Assembly: GCA_050292445.1 (NCBI GenBank) | Contig: JBNKLQ010000001.1 | Coordinates: forward strand, 1 to 50,316 | Origin: Candidatus Promineifilaceae bacterium | GTDB lineage: Bacteria; Chloroflexota; Anaerolineae; Promineifilales; Promineifilaceae | DNA: 50,316 nucleotides | Direction: 5' to 3' | In this document: piece by piece, positions 7,927 through 17,898 of the stretch | Layout: each line of letters opens with the position of its first letter | Position numbering within the stretch: position 1 is the stretch's first letter | Notes under the pieces: model-generated | Seen by the model: only the letters and a program-made list of their open reading frames with translations | The model's database searches: none | What the model was told of the DNA's origin: nothing | Position numbers and translations under genes: made by a program

Positions 7927-9138
7927 ATGATTATTGAGCGAAAAGATCCACCCTATCCACGACGTGGCCCTTCATGCCTGCTGGTTATTTTTATTGGCAT
8001 TGGCATCTTTTTTGGCATCTTTGTGATCCAAAATGCGGAAGATGTGCGGGATGTGATTATTCCCACGCCCACGCCGGAACCGACGCGCTCAGCCACCGAA
8101 TTTGCTTTGTTAGCTGACATCGCTGAGCGTGATGGTGAATTGGAAGAAGCCGCCGGTTATTATGGTGAAGCGGTGCGTCTGGATGCCACCAATCCCGAAA
8201 TTTACATTCGTTACATCAACCTGCTCATCCGCATCAATGAGGCGGAGGAAGCGCTGGCACGGGCGGAAGAAGCGGCCGTTTTGGCCCCGGAGAATGATCG
8301 CATTTGGACGGCCGTTGCGGCGGCCCACATTGCCAATGGCGAACGCCTCAACGATGCTGGTGATCCCACTGCCGCCGACTTGCAATTTGCCGAAGCCTAT
8401 CGTGCCGCTGAAGCAGCTATCAGTATCAATGGACAAAATGCTGATGCATATGCTTATTCGGCTGCCGGGCTTGTATTGCAATTTGAGCCAGGACTTTATG
8501 AGGACGCACTGCTGCGCGCCCGGGATGCAACGGACCGGGATCCTGCAAACGCGCTTGGACGCCTTTATCTGGGCATTGTGTTAACCAACCAGGGTTTTTA
8601 TACAGCCGCCCGCGAGCAGTTCCAGCTAGGGCTTCAATCAGAGAAGTTGCCACAGCTTTATTATGAGCTGGGCTACAATTTTTTTGGTGATGGCAATGTT
8701 TCTGAAGCGATTTTGAGCTTTCAGGAAGCGGTAAGCATAGATCCCAATTTTGCCCCAGGGTATGATGGCCTGGCGCACATGTATTTGCAGTTGGGGCAAG
8801 ATAACTTGGCCGAAGAAAATGGCCTCCAATCTATTGCCCTGAATCCGAATGTGGCTCGCGCACACGGCCGTTTAGGAGAAGCCTATGTTCGCCTTAATAA
8901 ATATGAACAGGCCATTGAAGAGTTTAGCAAGGCTGTTGAACTGTACGGCGAGCCAACTGAGCTAAATGCGCGTTTCTTTTATCTGTTGGCCGATGCCTAT
9001 TTGCGCCAGGGTACCGAAAACTGTCCGTTGGCTGAACCCTACTTCCAGCAGGCAGCTGAGGTCAGCGTGGCCTATGCGGATGCGGCCCAGCAAGGGCTGG
9101 TTGAATGCCGCCGGGCTGCTTTGGAAAGCAGTCCGTAA
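7927..9138 (+). CDS. TPR-repeat protein with an N-terminal membrane anchor
   Basis: N-terminal hydrophobic helix CLLVIFIGIGIFFGIFVI. Repeated 34-residue A/Y/L patterns follow (AAGYYGEAVRLDATNPE, AILSFQEAVSIDPNFA, AHGRLGEAYVRLNKYEQAIEEF). Confidence 0.75.
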   Translation: MIIERKDPPYPRRGPSCLLVIFIGIGIFFGIFVIQNAEDVRDVIIPTPTPEPTRSATEFALLADIAERDGELEEAAGYYGEAVRLDATNPEIYIRYINLLIRINEAEEALARAEEAAVLAPENDRIWTAVAAAHIANGERLNDAGDPTAADLQFAEAYRAAEAAISINGQNADAYAYSAAGLVLQFEPGLYEDALLRARDATDRDPANALGRLYLGIVLTNQGFYTAAREQFQLGLQSEKLPQLYYELGYNFFGDGNVSEAILSFQEAVSIDPNFAPGYDGLAHMYLQLGQDNLAEENGLQSIALNPNVARAHGRLGEAYVRLNKYEQAIEEFSKAVELYGEPTELNARFFYLLADAYLRQGTENCPLAEPYFQQAAEVSVAYADAAQQGLVECRRAALESSP

Positions 9139-9168
9139 TCATTAAAATCTGTTAGGCTTAACGCACGA

Positions 9169-9195
9169 TTAGCAATCCCTCCGAAAGAGTGCTAG
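9169..9195. promoter_or_regulatory. CIRCE operator (HrcA site), upstream copy
   Basis: TTAGCAATC-N9-GAGTGCTAG compared with the consensus TTAGCACTC-N9-GAGTGCTAA. Confidence 0.75.
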
Positions 9196-9202
9196 AATTT
9201 GC

Positions 9203-9230
9203 TTGACATCATCAAAAATTCTGCTAGAAT
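9203..9230 (+). promoter_or_regulatory. Sigma-70-type promoter of groES-groEL
   Basis: TTGACA (9203-9208), a 16-nt spacer, then an extended -10, TGcTAGAAT (9222-9230). Confidence 0.6.
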
Positions 9231-9243
9231 GTTCCTGTGTTAA

Positions 9244-9270
9244 TTGGCACTCTCTCTGTTGGAGTGCTAA
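9244..9270. promoter_or_regulatory. CIRCE operator (HrcA site), downstream copy
   Basis: TTGGCACTC-N9-GAGTGCTAA, one mismatch from the consensus. It lies between the promoter and the groES RBS. Confidence 0.85.
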
Positions 9271-9315
9271 ATCCCCACCTTGAAAACAACATTTTACAAA
9301 TAAGGAGTGTTAGCT

Positions 9316-9606
9316 ATGAAGCTCAAACCATTGGGTGATCGCTTGGTTGTTGAACCATTGGAACGCGAACAAACCACCCCCTCTGGCCTTGTCTTGCCAG
9401 AAACCGCAAAAGAAAAGCCACAGGAAGGCGAAGTGATCGCCACTGGCCCTGGCCGTCGTGATGACGATGGCAAACGTGTTGAGATGGACGTAAACGTTGG
9501 CGATAAGGTGCTGTATGCCAAATATGGCGGCACCGAAGTCAAGATCGACGGCAAAAAATTGCTCATCCTCAAAGAATCTGACGTTCTGGCTATTGTAGAA
9601 GGCTAA
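9316..9606 (+). CDS. groES: Co-chaperonin GroES
   Basis: [46 protein letters not shown] is the canonical Cpn10 sequence. RBS AAGGAG lies upstream of the ATG at 9316. Confidence 0.95.
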   Translation: MKLKPLGDRLVVEPLEREQTTPSGLVLPETAKEKPQEGEVIATGPGRRDDDGKRVEMDVNVGDKVLYAKYGGTEVKIDGKKLLILKESDVLAIVEG

Positions 9607-9625
9607 ATTAAGGAGATTATTGAAA

Positions 9626-11275
9626 ATGGCGAAACAACTTGCATTTTCTGAAGAAGCTCGGCGTAAGCTGAAAAAAGGTATTGATACATTGGCAACGGCC
9701 GTATCCACGACGCTTGGTCCGAAAGGCCGTAACGTTGCCCTAGATAAGAAATTTGGTGCCCCCACGATCACCCACGACGGTGTGACCGTAGCCAAAGAAA
9801 TTGAACTGGAAGACCCATACGAGAATATGGGTGCCCAACTGCTGAAAGAAGCAGCCACCAAAACCAACGACATCGCTGGTGATGGTACCACCACCGCCAC
9901 TGTGTTGGCCCAAAACATCGTTAACGAAGGTTTGAAGAACATCGCCGCAGGAGCCAATCCAATGCTCCTCAAGCGTGGTATCGAAGCGGGAACGGCCGCT
10001 TTAGCTGACAAAATTCGCAGCATGGCCATCTCCATCGATGACAAAGCGGAAATTGCTTCCGTTGCTTCCATCTCGGCTCAGGACACCAGCATTGGTGAAC
10101 TAATTGCTGATGTGATGGACAAAGTGGGTAAAGACGGCGTTATCACCGTAGAAGAATCTCGCTCCCTGGAATTTGAAACCGAATACGTGGAAGGGATGCA
10201 GTTTGACCGTGGCTACATCAGCCCCTACTTCGTCACCGATTCCGACACTATGGAAGCGGTCATTGAAGATGCCCACATCCTCATCCACGACAAGAAAATC
10301 AGCTCCGCCCAGGACATCATTCCGATTCTGGAAAAACTGGTGCAGACCGGTAAGAAAAACCTGGTCATCATCGCTGAAGATGTAGACGGCGAAGCGCTGG
10401 CTACCCTGGTGTTGAACAAACTGCGCGGCATGATTAACGCGTTGGCCATCAAAGCCCCTGGCTTTGGCGACCGTCGTAAAGCGATGTTGCAAGACATTGC
10501 TGTACTCACCGGTGGTCAGGTTGTCACCGAAGAGATGGGCCGCAAGCTGGACAGCGTTCAGTTAAGCGACCTGGGCCGCGCTGCCAAAATTGTTTCCTCC
10601 AAAGATGACACCACCGTTGTTGATGGGCAGGGTGACGAAGCGCAGATCAAAGCCCGTGTTGAGCAAATCAAAGTGGAGATCGATCGCAGCACCTCTGACT
10701 ACGACCGTGAAAAATTGCAGGAACGTCTGGCCAAATTAGCTGGTGGCGTGGCTATCATTCGCGTGGGTGCCGCTACTGAGGTTGAGCTGAAAGAGAAGAA
10801 ACACCGTGTAGAAGATGCCCTGAGCGCTACCCGCGCTGCTGTAGAAGAAGGTATCGTGCCCGGTGGTGGTGTGGCTCTGTTGAATGCCCTGCCCGCTCTT
10901 AACGACGTTTCTTTGCCGGAAGGCGACCAGATGACCGGTATTGGCATTTTGCAGCGTGCGTTGGAAGCCCCAATGCGCAAAATTGCTGAGAACGCTGGCA
11001 AAAATGGTGACGTGGTTATTCAGAACGTACGCCAGGCACAGGAAAAAGCTGGCAACACCAACATTGGCTACAATGTGATGAGCGGCGAATACATCGATAT
11101 GGTGAAAGCTGGCATCATCGACCCGGCCAAAGTGACCCGTGGCGCATTGGAAAATGCTGCATCTATCGCTTCGATGGTTCTCACAACTGAAGCGTTGATT
11201 ACGGACATCCCCGAAGAAGAACCGCCAATGCCACCAGGTGGCGGCGGTATGCCCGGCGGCGGCATGGGTTTCTAA
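9626..11275 (+). CDS. groEL: Chaperonin GroEL
   Basis: [15 protein letters not shown]...[13 protein letters not shown]... with a C-terminal GGM-type tail ([14 protein letters not shown]). RBS AAGGAG lies upstream. Confidence 0.97.
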   Translation: MAKQLAFSEEARRKLKKGIDTLATAVSTTLGPKGRNVALDKKFGAPTITHDGVTVAKEIELEDPYENMGAQLLKEAATKTNDIAGDGTTTATVLAQNIVNEGLKNIAAGANPMLLKRGIEAGTAALADKIRSMAISIDDKAEIASVASISAQDTSIGELIADVMDKVGKDGVITVEESRSLEFETEYVEGMQFDRGYISPYFVTDSDTMEAVIEDAHILIHDKKISSAQDIIPILEKLVQTGKKNLVIIAEDVDGEALATLVLNKLRGMINALAIKAPGFGDRRKAMLQDIAVLTGGQVVTEEMGRKLDSVQLSDLGRAAKIVSSKDDTTVVDGQGDEAQIKARVEQIKVEIDRSTSDYDREKLQERLAKLAGGVAIIRVGAATEVELKEKKHRVEDALSATRAAVEEGIVPGGGVALLNALPALNDVSLPEGDQMTGIGILQRALEAPMRKIAENAGKNGDVVIQNVRQAQEKAGNTNIGYNVMSGEYIDMVKAGIIDPAKVTRGALENAASIASMVLTTEALITDIPEEEPPMPPGGGGMPGGGMGF

Positions 11276-11280
11276 GACCC

Positions 11281-11343
11281 GTAATCGGTCATCAGTGGAT
11301 CAGTCATCGGTAAAAACCGAATACTGATTACCGAATACCGACA
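11281..11343. repeat. CAGT-unit hairpin element, copy 2
   Basis: GTAATCGGTCATCAGTGGATCAGTCATCGGT-aaaa-ACCGAATACTGATTACCGAATACCGAC. It lies between the groEL stop and the canonical terminator. Confidence 0.65.
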
Positions 11344-11355
11344 ACCTGCTTTTTT

Positions 11356-11395
11356 AGACCCGCTTTGGTTTAGCCAAGGCGGGTCTTTTCATTTT
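11356..11395 (+). terminator. Rho-independent terminator of groESL
   Basis: AGACCCGCTTTGG...CCAAGGCGGGTCT followed by TTTCATTTT. Confidence 0.75.
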
Positions 11396-11525
11396 GGCGG
11401 GGGGCAGTTACACTAGGAATGTTGAAGTTAATTAAGGTCGCTTGAAGGTTTACGGCCGTTTCCGCAAGTATTGATCATTTACCAAACAACTGATTTATGC
11501 ATGGTCAACACAAAAGGACACGCTC

Positions 11526-12338
11526 ATGGGTCAACAAATCATTGCTAAACTTCTGCCACTCCTAGAAAAAATCAATTGGCCAGCCACCGAGGCTGCTACA
11601 GAACAGGGGCGGCAATCTTTTTTGGTTGGGTTAGAAAAAGTAGATGCCTACAGTGGGGATCCAAATCAGCTGACGGCAGCGCTAAAAACGTTTGTCACGG
11701 GCGGTTCACGGCCGTTTGCCTATGCGGGCGTGGCCTATACGCTTATTGCTGCTTCCCAGGAAAAAGATGGCAGCTATTTTTCTGGCGGTTTGGAAGCGGC
11801 CATGGATTGGCTGGAAAAGGCCCAGGATTTGGAACCAGACGTATGGGAAATTAACATACTGGAGCCGTTGATTTATGTGCATAACGGCCGTCTTGAAGAT
11901 GCCCGTATCGTCTTGGATTATTTGCATGACCTGAGACCAGGAGATTACTTTTTGTATCGCATTGAAGTGGCTTATTGGCAGGTCATGGGAGATTTGGAAC
12001 AAACGGTGCACTGGTTTAATGAGGCGGCAGAAGCGGCCGTTTCCGTGCCCCAGCGCCTGACCATGCGTGGGCAGTTGGCCGACTTTTACTTTGCGCAAAA
12101 CATGTGGTCAGAAGCCAAAGATGCCTACCAACAGGCAATCCACTTTGACAATAGTAATCCGCTGCTGTGGCATAAACTAAGCATTGTCCATTGGCAGTTG
12201 GAAGATATTGACGAAGCGGATAAGTGCAATCAGCAAACGCTGCGGCTAAAAGATTTCCCCGCCGCGCGACAACTAGAAGAAAAGATAAAAGAGAAAAAGT
12301 CAGATGGTGGAATTTTAGGCAGGCTGTTTGGTGGCTAA
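11526..12338 (+). CDS. Hypothetical TPR-like helical repeat protein
   Basis: 270-aa ORF with coding-like composition. It has TPR-like segments (WSEAKDAYQQAIHFDNSNPLLWHKLSIVHWQLEDIDEA). No specific family recognised. Confidence 0.6.
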   Translation: MGQQIIAKLLPLLEKINWPATEAATEQGRQSFLVGLEKVDAYSGDPNQLTAALKTFVTGGSRPFAYAGVAYTLIAASQEKDGSYFSGGLEAAMDWLEKAQDLEPDVWEINILEPLIYVHNGRLEDARIVLDYLHDLRPGDYFLYRIEVAYWQVMGDLEQTVHWFNEAAEAAVSVPQRLTMRGQLADFYFAQNMWSEAKDAYQQAIHFDNSNPLLWHKLSIVHWQLEDIDEADKCNQQTLRLKDFPAARQLEEKIKEKKSDGGILGRLFGG

Positions 12339-12350
12339 AAGAAAGTGACG

Positions 12351-12388
12351 TGATGCGTGAAACGTGATTTTGCTCACGCTTCACGCAC
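12351..12388. repeat. Hairpin repeat family 3 (TGATGCGTGAARCGTGA-TTTTnC-TCACGYTTCACGCA), copy A
   Basis: Near-identical to 24690-24730. The stem is GCGTGAAACGTGA / TCACGCTTCACGC with one mismatch. Confidence 0.6.
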
Positions 12389-12394
12389 CATTCC

Positions 12395-12429
12395 GAGGTT
12401 AGGTGAGCATTCACCTAACCTCTTTTTTT
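12395..12429 (+). terminator. Rho-independent terminator (also overlaps the stop of the convergent gene)
   Basis: Perfect 12-bp stem GAGGTTAGGTGA-gcat-TCACCTAACCTC followed by TTTTTTT. Confidence 0.8.
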
Positions 12430-14980
12430 ATGGCTGTAAAACCGTGATGGCTGTGCCATTGCTGTCGCCATCCGGATCGTGGTTGGATACGGCAGCATAG
12501 GTGTAGTCTGGATGGACAATATTATCAACGGTGAAAGTCGCATCGTTATATCTGCGCCGCATGTTGCCGGTGGAGACGGAGCAGTTGCCGTTGCTATCAG
12601 TCACGCACTGAGCTGAACCGTCATCGCCACCGCCGCTCCAGGTACCGCTCACGACAGCTCCGGCCACAGGAAAGTGGTCGGTGTTGTGCACAGTGATGTC
12701 CACTGTGGCCTGCCAGGCAAATTGGCGGAAGGTAAAGGCGCTGCTGCCATCCAGATCAGCAACATGTGCGGTGTTGCCGCCGGCAGGGGTGGGCGTTGGT
12801 GGCGGTGTGGTCGTTGGTGTTGGCGTAGGTGGCGGGAACGGTGTGCTGGTAGGTGTGGGAGGTACGGCCGTACCTGTTGGCGTCGGTGTGGGCTGCGGCG
12901 AACCACCATCATCGCTATATTTAGCCACATAAAGATCGGCCGGGGCGTTTTGCGCGCCGGTGATGTAGGCATTGCCCGCGCTGTCTAGAGCAATGCCGTG
13001 GCCATCGTTGGCGACGGCGGAGAAAGTCTTTACTGAGTACAACAAGTTGGAGCCAGCAGCGTTCAGTTTTGCTAGAATGATGTTAGCGGTAACGGCCGTC
13101 CCATTGGCTGGGGGAAAATCACTCGATTGACTGTAGCCTACAATGACTGCTTGGCCTGAGCTGTCCACAACGATGCCACTGCTCGTGTCGTCCAAACCGC
13201 CGCCGATGTAGGTGCTGTAAGCTAGGGCGCTGCCGTTTGGCACTAGCTTGGTGACAAACATATCATCACAATTTCTCGGTCCGCCAAAGCCGGGAATGCC
13301 ACAATCGTTGATGCCACCCACAAACTGATCCTGGAATGCACCAGGCGTGGTGGGGAAATCGGCGGAGCGGGTAGACCCGGTGACGAACGCGTTTCCGGCA
13401 CCGTCAACGGCAATCCGGCTGACGCGATCCCAATCCGTACCGCCTAAATAGGTGCTATAAACCAGACTGCTGCCGTCAGCGGTAATCTTGGTCACAAAAG
13501 CATCCTCGTCCTGGTTGGTGCCCGCCCGATTGGGTTGAATAGCCGCCTGAGTGGGAAAATCATCCGATTGGGTACGGCCAACAATGTAAATGTTGTCGTT
13601 GGCATCCAGGGCAATGCTTTCGCCATAATCTTCAAAGGTGCCACCAAGGTAGGTGCTATACAGGACGGTGCTGGCATCAGCTGTTAGTTTGGTGACGAAG
13701 GTGTCTTCGCAGAAACATTCGTTTAGGGTCAACCCACTCTGAATGGGGTTCACTGTGGGGAAGTTGGTGGAATCTGTGTAGCCAACCAGATAGATTTCAC
13801 CAGCGCTGTTGAGGGTGATGTCATGGATTTCCTCAGCGCGATTACCGCCAAAATAGGTGCTAAAGAGTAAATCGCCTGACTGGGCGGACAGTTTGGCAAT
13901 GAAGGCATCGCGGTTGCCGTTTTTGGTAGATTGCATTGCATTCAAGATGGGGAAATCGGTGGAATCGGTCCAGCCAGCGATTAAAATATCACCGTCGCCA
14001 TCAAGCGTAATGCCTCGGCTGTAATCCAGCTTGGAGCCGCGTATATAGGTTGTGTATAGCAAGGTGCCATTGGCCGACAGCTTGGCGATGAAGATGTCGT
14101 TATTGGTATCGTAGGCGCGACCCACAACGTAGACGTTGCCAGCAGCATCCACGGCAATGTCTCGACCGGAATCGAAAGCGGCCAGGCTGGTGGTGGTTTC
14201 ATAGACGATGGTGGGATCGATGATCAGCGGGGTGTTGGCATTGTAGCTGCCCAAGGAAAATCCAACGATGCCATTCTCATTAAGCGCAAAGGCGACGGGG
14301 ACAGTTTGGCGACGGCCGTTCACTTCTTGCCAGGCTAAGGGAGCTTTCTCCACAATCTGTGTCTGGTCTGATAGGGCAATTTGCAAATCGCCAGTGGCGC
14401 TGTCTACAGTTATGGCCTGAGCACCGCTGTATTGCCAGCGAATGAGGGAAGGATCTGCGCCCGGAGCAACCGCAAACGTGCTTTTCAAGGCACCGTCTAC
14501 CCCTTCATATTGCAAATTGATGCCAGGATAAAGCTGCTGGTAAACCACGCCGGCAAAGGTGGGCAGGGCGACTTGCCAGTTGCTAGCATCCTGGCCCCGG
14601 AAATCATTGATTTTACCGGGGAGTAGGGTCCCAGCTTCCAGGATTGGGGCCGGATTCGCGCCGACAAAGCCCAATTGCAGGGTTTGCTGTTGAACGCTTA
14701 GCTCGACGCCTTTCGGGGTGAAAACGGCCGTGTGTCCCGACCCATACGTCTCAAAACGAACCGCTTCATTACTTTGCCCTTGGCTGGCAGTGAAAGCCAG
14801 CGGCAACTGGTCCAGCTGTGAGGCCACGGCCGTTGCATTTGACAATGATTCAGCCGTGGGAGCCAGTAAGCGCCCCAGGAACGGGGCCAGGAGTATCAGC
14901 GCGATCAAGCCAAGCAGGCTGATGCCTATGCGGGGCGATACTCGCCGACGGGGAGAAATAAGTGAAGATTTGATTTGCAT
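12428..14980 (-). CDS. Large secreted SBBP (beta-propeller) repeat protein with a Pro/Thr linker and a C-terminal domain
   Basis: N-terminal signal/anchor. There are at least six repeats of the D-x-F-(I/V)-(A/T)-K-L-x(4-7)-L-x-(Y/F)-S-T-Y-(L/I/F)-G-G type. A PTPTPT linker follows. Confidence 0.8.
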   Translation of the reverse strand: MQIKSSLISPRRRVSPRIGISLLGLIALILLAPFLGRLLAPTAESLSNATAVASQLDQLPLAFTASQGQSNEAVRFETYGSGHTAVFTPKGVELSVQQQTLQLGFVGANPAPILEAGTLLPGKINDFRGQDASNWQVALPTFAGVVYQQLYPGINLQYEGVDGALKSTFAVAPGADPSLIRWQYSGAQAITVDSATGDLQIALSDQTQIVEKAPLAWQEVNGRRQTVPVAFALNENGIVGFSLGSYNANTPLIIDPTIVYETTTSLAAFDSGRDIAVDAAGNVYVVGRAYDTNNDIFIAKLSANGTLLYTTYIRGSKLDYSRGITLDGDGDILIAGWTDSTDFPILNAMQSTKNGNRDAFIAKLSAQSGDLLFSTYFGGNRAEEIHDITLNSAGEIYLVGYTDSTNFPTVNPIQSGLTLNECFCEDTFVTKLTADASTVLYSTYLGGTFEDYGESIALDANDNIYIVGRTQSDDFPTQAAIQPNRAGTNQDEDAFVTKITADGSSLVYSTYLGGTDWDRVSRIAVDGAGNAFVTGSTRSADFPTTPGAFQDQFVGGINDCGIPGFGGPRNCDDMFVTKLVPNGSALAYSTYIGGGLDDTSSGIVVDSSGQAVIVGYSQSSDFPPANGTAVTANIILAKLNAAGSNLLYSVKTFSAVANDGHGIALDSAGNAYITGAQNAPADLYVAKYSDDGGSPQPTPTPTGTAVPPTPTSTPFPPPTPTPTTTPPPTPTPAGGNTAHVADLDGSSAFTFRQFAWQATVDITVHNTDHFPVAGAVVSGTWSGGGDDGSAQCVTDSNGNCSVSTGNMRRRYNDATFTVDNIVHPDYTYAAVSNHDPDGDSNGTAITVLQP

Positions 14981-15156
14981 GGAAACCTCCTTCCGTATGC
15001 ATCTTCCAAAAAGAACGGATAAGTTGGAGGTTTAAAGATACTAGGTGGTAGTTACAGGCCTCTTGTTGAACTCTTAAGGGAAGATTACAACGAGTTAAAC
15101 AAAACGGATGCTTGTCTCATGTCGTCTGATCCCTCGATCTCTTCTATAATTTCACG

Positions 15157-16398
15157 ATGACAAAACAACAATTTGATCCCATGCCCTTGCGGGCGCAGTT
15201 CCCAGCTTTGCAATTAGAGGTGAATGGCGAAACGGCCGTATATCTCGACGGTCCCGGCGGCACCCAGGTTCCCCAAAGTGTCATTGACGCCATGAGCGGC
15301 TATCTGCGCCACGGTGGCAGCAACTCTGGTGGTCCCTTCCTCACCAGCCGCTACACCGACGATATTAGCAACGCCGCCCGTGCCGCCATGATGGATTTCT
15401 ACAACGCGCGCCGCCCCGACGAAATAGTCTTTGGCCAAAACATGACCAGCCTTAATTTTAGCCTGAGCCGTGCCCTGGCCCGCACCTGGCAGCCTGGCGA
15501 TGAAATCATCGTCACCCGGCTGGACCACGACGCCAACATTTCACCCTGGCTGTTGGCGGCTCAAGACAGTGGTGTCGTCGTGCGCTGGCTCGATTTTGAT
15601 CCCACCGATTGCACCTTACGCCTGGACACTTTGCCCGATTTACTGAACGAAAAGACGCGGCTGCTGGCCATCACCTATGCCTCTAACGCGGTTGGCAGCA
15701 TTAGCGATGTGAAGCGGGCTGCCGAACTGGCCCATGCTGCTGGGGCGCTTGTGCTAGTTGATTCCGTCCATTTCGCGCCACATGGTCTCATTGATGTGCA
15801 GGCGATCAATTGTGACTTCCTTATCTCGTCATCTTATAAATATTTCGGCCCTCACACTGGCATCTTGTATGGTAAATACGAGTTACTGGATAACCTAATG
15901 GCCTACAAAGTGCGCCCTGCGCCAGCTAAACCAGCTGGCAAATGGGAAACCGGTACACAAAGTTTTGAAAGTTTGGCGGGCGTGACGGCTGCCGTCGATT
16001 ATTTGGCGGCAATTGGGGGTGAGACAGGCTCGCGCCGGGAACGCTTGGTGCAAGCGATGCAGCGCATCAAAATGTACGAAATGTCTTTAAGCCAGCGGTT
16101 TTTGGTAGGTGCCACGCAGGTTGCTGGCCTGCGGGTGTATGGCATTACCGATGTGGAGCGATTGGCGGAACGCACGCCCACATTTGCTGTTAGCATGGAG
16201 GGGATGTCTGCTGAAGCAGTTGCCACGCGTTTGGGGCAGCAGGGTATTTTTGTCTGGCATGGCCATTATTATGCCGTGGCCGTGATGGAGCGCTTGGGCA
16301 TGCTGGAACAGGGTGGCTTGGTCCGTATTGGCTTTGTGCATTACAACACGATGGCTGAAGTGGATCGTGTTGTAGCTGCTTTAGCCGGATTGCGTTAG
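15157..16398 (+). CDS. Class V aminotransferase-fold PLP enzyme (cysteine desulfurase-like)
   Basis: VYLDGPGGTQVP, VTRLDHDANISPW, VLVDSVHFAPH and the PLP-lysine context SSSYKYFGPHTG. Confidence 0.8.
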   Translation: MTKQQFDPMPLRAQFPALQLEVNGETAVYLDGPGGTQVPQSVIDAMSGYLRHGGSNSGGPFLTSRYTDDISNAARAAMMDFYNARRPDEIVFGQNMTSLNFSLSRALARTWQPGDEIIVTRLDHDANISPWLLAAQDSGVVVRWLDFDPTDCTLRLDTLPDLLNEKTRLLAITYASNAVGSISDVKRAAELAHAAGALVLVDSVHFAPHGLIDVQAINCDFLISSSYKYFGPHTGILYGKYELLDNLMAYKVRPAPAKPAGKWETGTQSFESLAGVTAAVDYLAAIGGETGSRRERLVQAMQRIKMYEMSLSQRFLVGATQVAGLRVYGITDVERLAERTPTFAVSMEGMSAEAVATRLGQQGIFVWHGHYYAVAVMERLGMLEQGGLVRIGFVHYNTMAEVDRVVAALAGLR

Positions 16399-16451
16399 GT
16401 AGGCAAATTGATGGGAGGCTAGGAACTGTGTGTCATTGTTGAAGGACGCAG

Positions 16452-16763
16452 CTACTTGTCTCCTGAAGGACGATTGAATAAAAACCAGGCCAGCATCATC
16501 AAAACGAAGCCACTAAAAAAGCCTACTCCTACGCCCAGTCCGGTGATGAGCATGCGTACCACTTCGCCAGAGGTAATAAGGGAAAAACCAACCACAAGCA
16601 GCCCGGTTCCCCCCAACCCACCGGCCACCAGCAGCATGCAGCCTGGTAATCGTTCCGCTTCGCGGTCACCTCGCTGGCGCACAATGAGGTATTCAATAGT
16701 CGCCCCAATGATGGCACTGACTAGCCCTATAGCCAGGCCGATAAAAAAAGATTGTAAATTCAT
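16452..16763 (-). CDS. Small integral membrane protein (3 predicted TM helices), hypothetical
   Basis: Hydrophobic 103-aa ORF in a gene-sized gap. No family recognised. Confidence 0.5.
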   Translation of the reverse strand: MNLQSFFIGLAIGLVSAIIGATIEYLIVRQRGDREAERLPGCMLLVAGGLGGTGLLVVGFSLITSGEVVRMLITGLGVGVGFFSGFVLMMLAWFLFNRPSGDK

Positions 16764-16878
16764 TTTGGTGTTTTGCCTCCAAAGCTTTTTGTTTTGATTA
16801 ACGCAACCGTTGCTTAGGTTAAGGTGTTTTGTGTCTGCTTGTCATCTGTGGTGTGTCATATCATTGGTGGGTCAAACG

Positions 16879-17898
16879 TCATTCAGGCAGGAGCAGTTGG
16901 CGCTGGCGCAGCGCTTTTTGTAGCAGCGGCTCGATTTGCTGCTGGATGTGGTTGTTGGCATAGCCAATCCAGCCCACGTCCGTATGAACGTCCAGTGGAT
17001 GGTTGAGCAGCCGTCCGTTGCCATCGGTGATAATGACGCCTAGCTCACGAGCGATAAGCTCGGTGCAGATGTCGTATGGGTGGCAGCAAATGCCCAGAAT
17101 CAGGTTTTGTCGTTTAAGGATGGGTTCCATGTACGGCCGTAAATCTGCCACAAACCGATCGCGTCCCGACATGAGTTCATATAGTTGTCCACCGCTGCAA
17201 ATATATTGATCTTCAAAACAGTGTGCCTTGCCTGGCTGTACCGGTCCCAAAGCACCCAGTACAATTTCTTCATCAATGGCGGCCAATTCTGCACGCGCCC
17301 CAGGAAAAAAGCGAGAAATCATGGCAAAGCCGTGGGCAATGGTGGTGGCGGTGGACGGCCGTATTTGCAATGGTGTTTCGGTTTCCGTGAGACGATTAAA
17401 ACGTATTGCCTCAACACCCTGCCCGCGTACAGCCCATACAGCATCCGACAAATGTTGTTTCACCAATGGGATTTCGGTTTGGATAGCCAGCTCAATATCT
17501 TGCAGGCTGGTTTGCGGGCCACGGTTGGGCGCAACGGCCGTTAAAATCCAGCCGCTTCGTTTTTGATACATCAACCCGCGTGTGCCGTCGATCGGGTCCA
17601 CAATGATGCGCCAGACGGCCGTTTCTTCAGCCGCTCCCTCTGGCAAAACAACTTGTCCGCCCGGCAATCCTTCGGCAATGAGTACAATCGGGGAATGGGA
17701 AGCTATCTCACGATTAAAAAAATCGATCAACACCGCTTCGCTGATCCGGTCAATGGCGTAAATGGTGTCACCTTCGGCTTCTTCGGCGATGGTTGACAGA
17801 CTTTCTAATGAAGCTTGTTCGCAGGCCGTAACAACGGCCGTACGAATGGTGGCGTGCAGCGAGCGAATGGGTTGCAATAGTGGATGGGTGAGACGCAT
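16879..17898 (-). CDS. Inositol monophosphatase / FBPase-like family protein
   Basis: The metal-binding motif [16 protein letters not shown] (DPIDGT). Its ATG overlaps the upstream stop (TGATG) at 17898. Confidence 0.75.
   Translation of the reverse strand: MRLTHPLLQPIRSLHATIRTAVVTACEQASLESLSTIAEEAEGDTIYAIDRISEAVLIDFFNREIASHSPIVLIAEGLPGGQVVLPEGAAEETAVWRIIVDPIDGTRGLMYQKRSGWILTAVAPNRGPQTSLQDIELAIQTEIPLVKQHLSDAVWAVRGQGVEAIRFNRLTETETPLQIRPSTATTIAHGFAMISRFFPGARAELAAIDEEIVLGALGPVQPGKAHCFEDQYICSGGQLYELMSGRDRFVADLRPYMEPILKRQNLILGICCHPYDICTELIARELGVIITDGNGRLLNHPLDVHTDVGWIGYANNHIQQQIEPLLQKALRQRQLLLPE

Noticed and set aside
9310-10071. 253-aa ORF antisense to groES/groEL, and similar antisense ORFs at 10100-10492, 10225-10509 and 10699-11001
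   Set aside because: They overlap the strongly conserved groES/groEL frames completely. They have low-complexity Ala/Ser/Pro-rich translations and no start context. They are typical shadow ORFs.
15145-15159. TATAAT hexamer 6 nt upstream of the ATG at 15157, suggesting a leaderless mRNA for the class V aminotransferase
   Set aside because: It is plausible for this kind of organism. However, there is no acceptable -35 at 16-18 nt spacing and I cannot map the TSS, so support is too weak to report as a feature.
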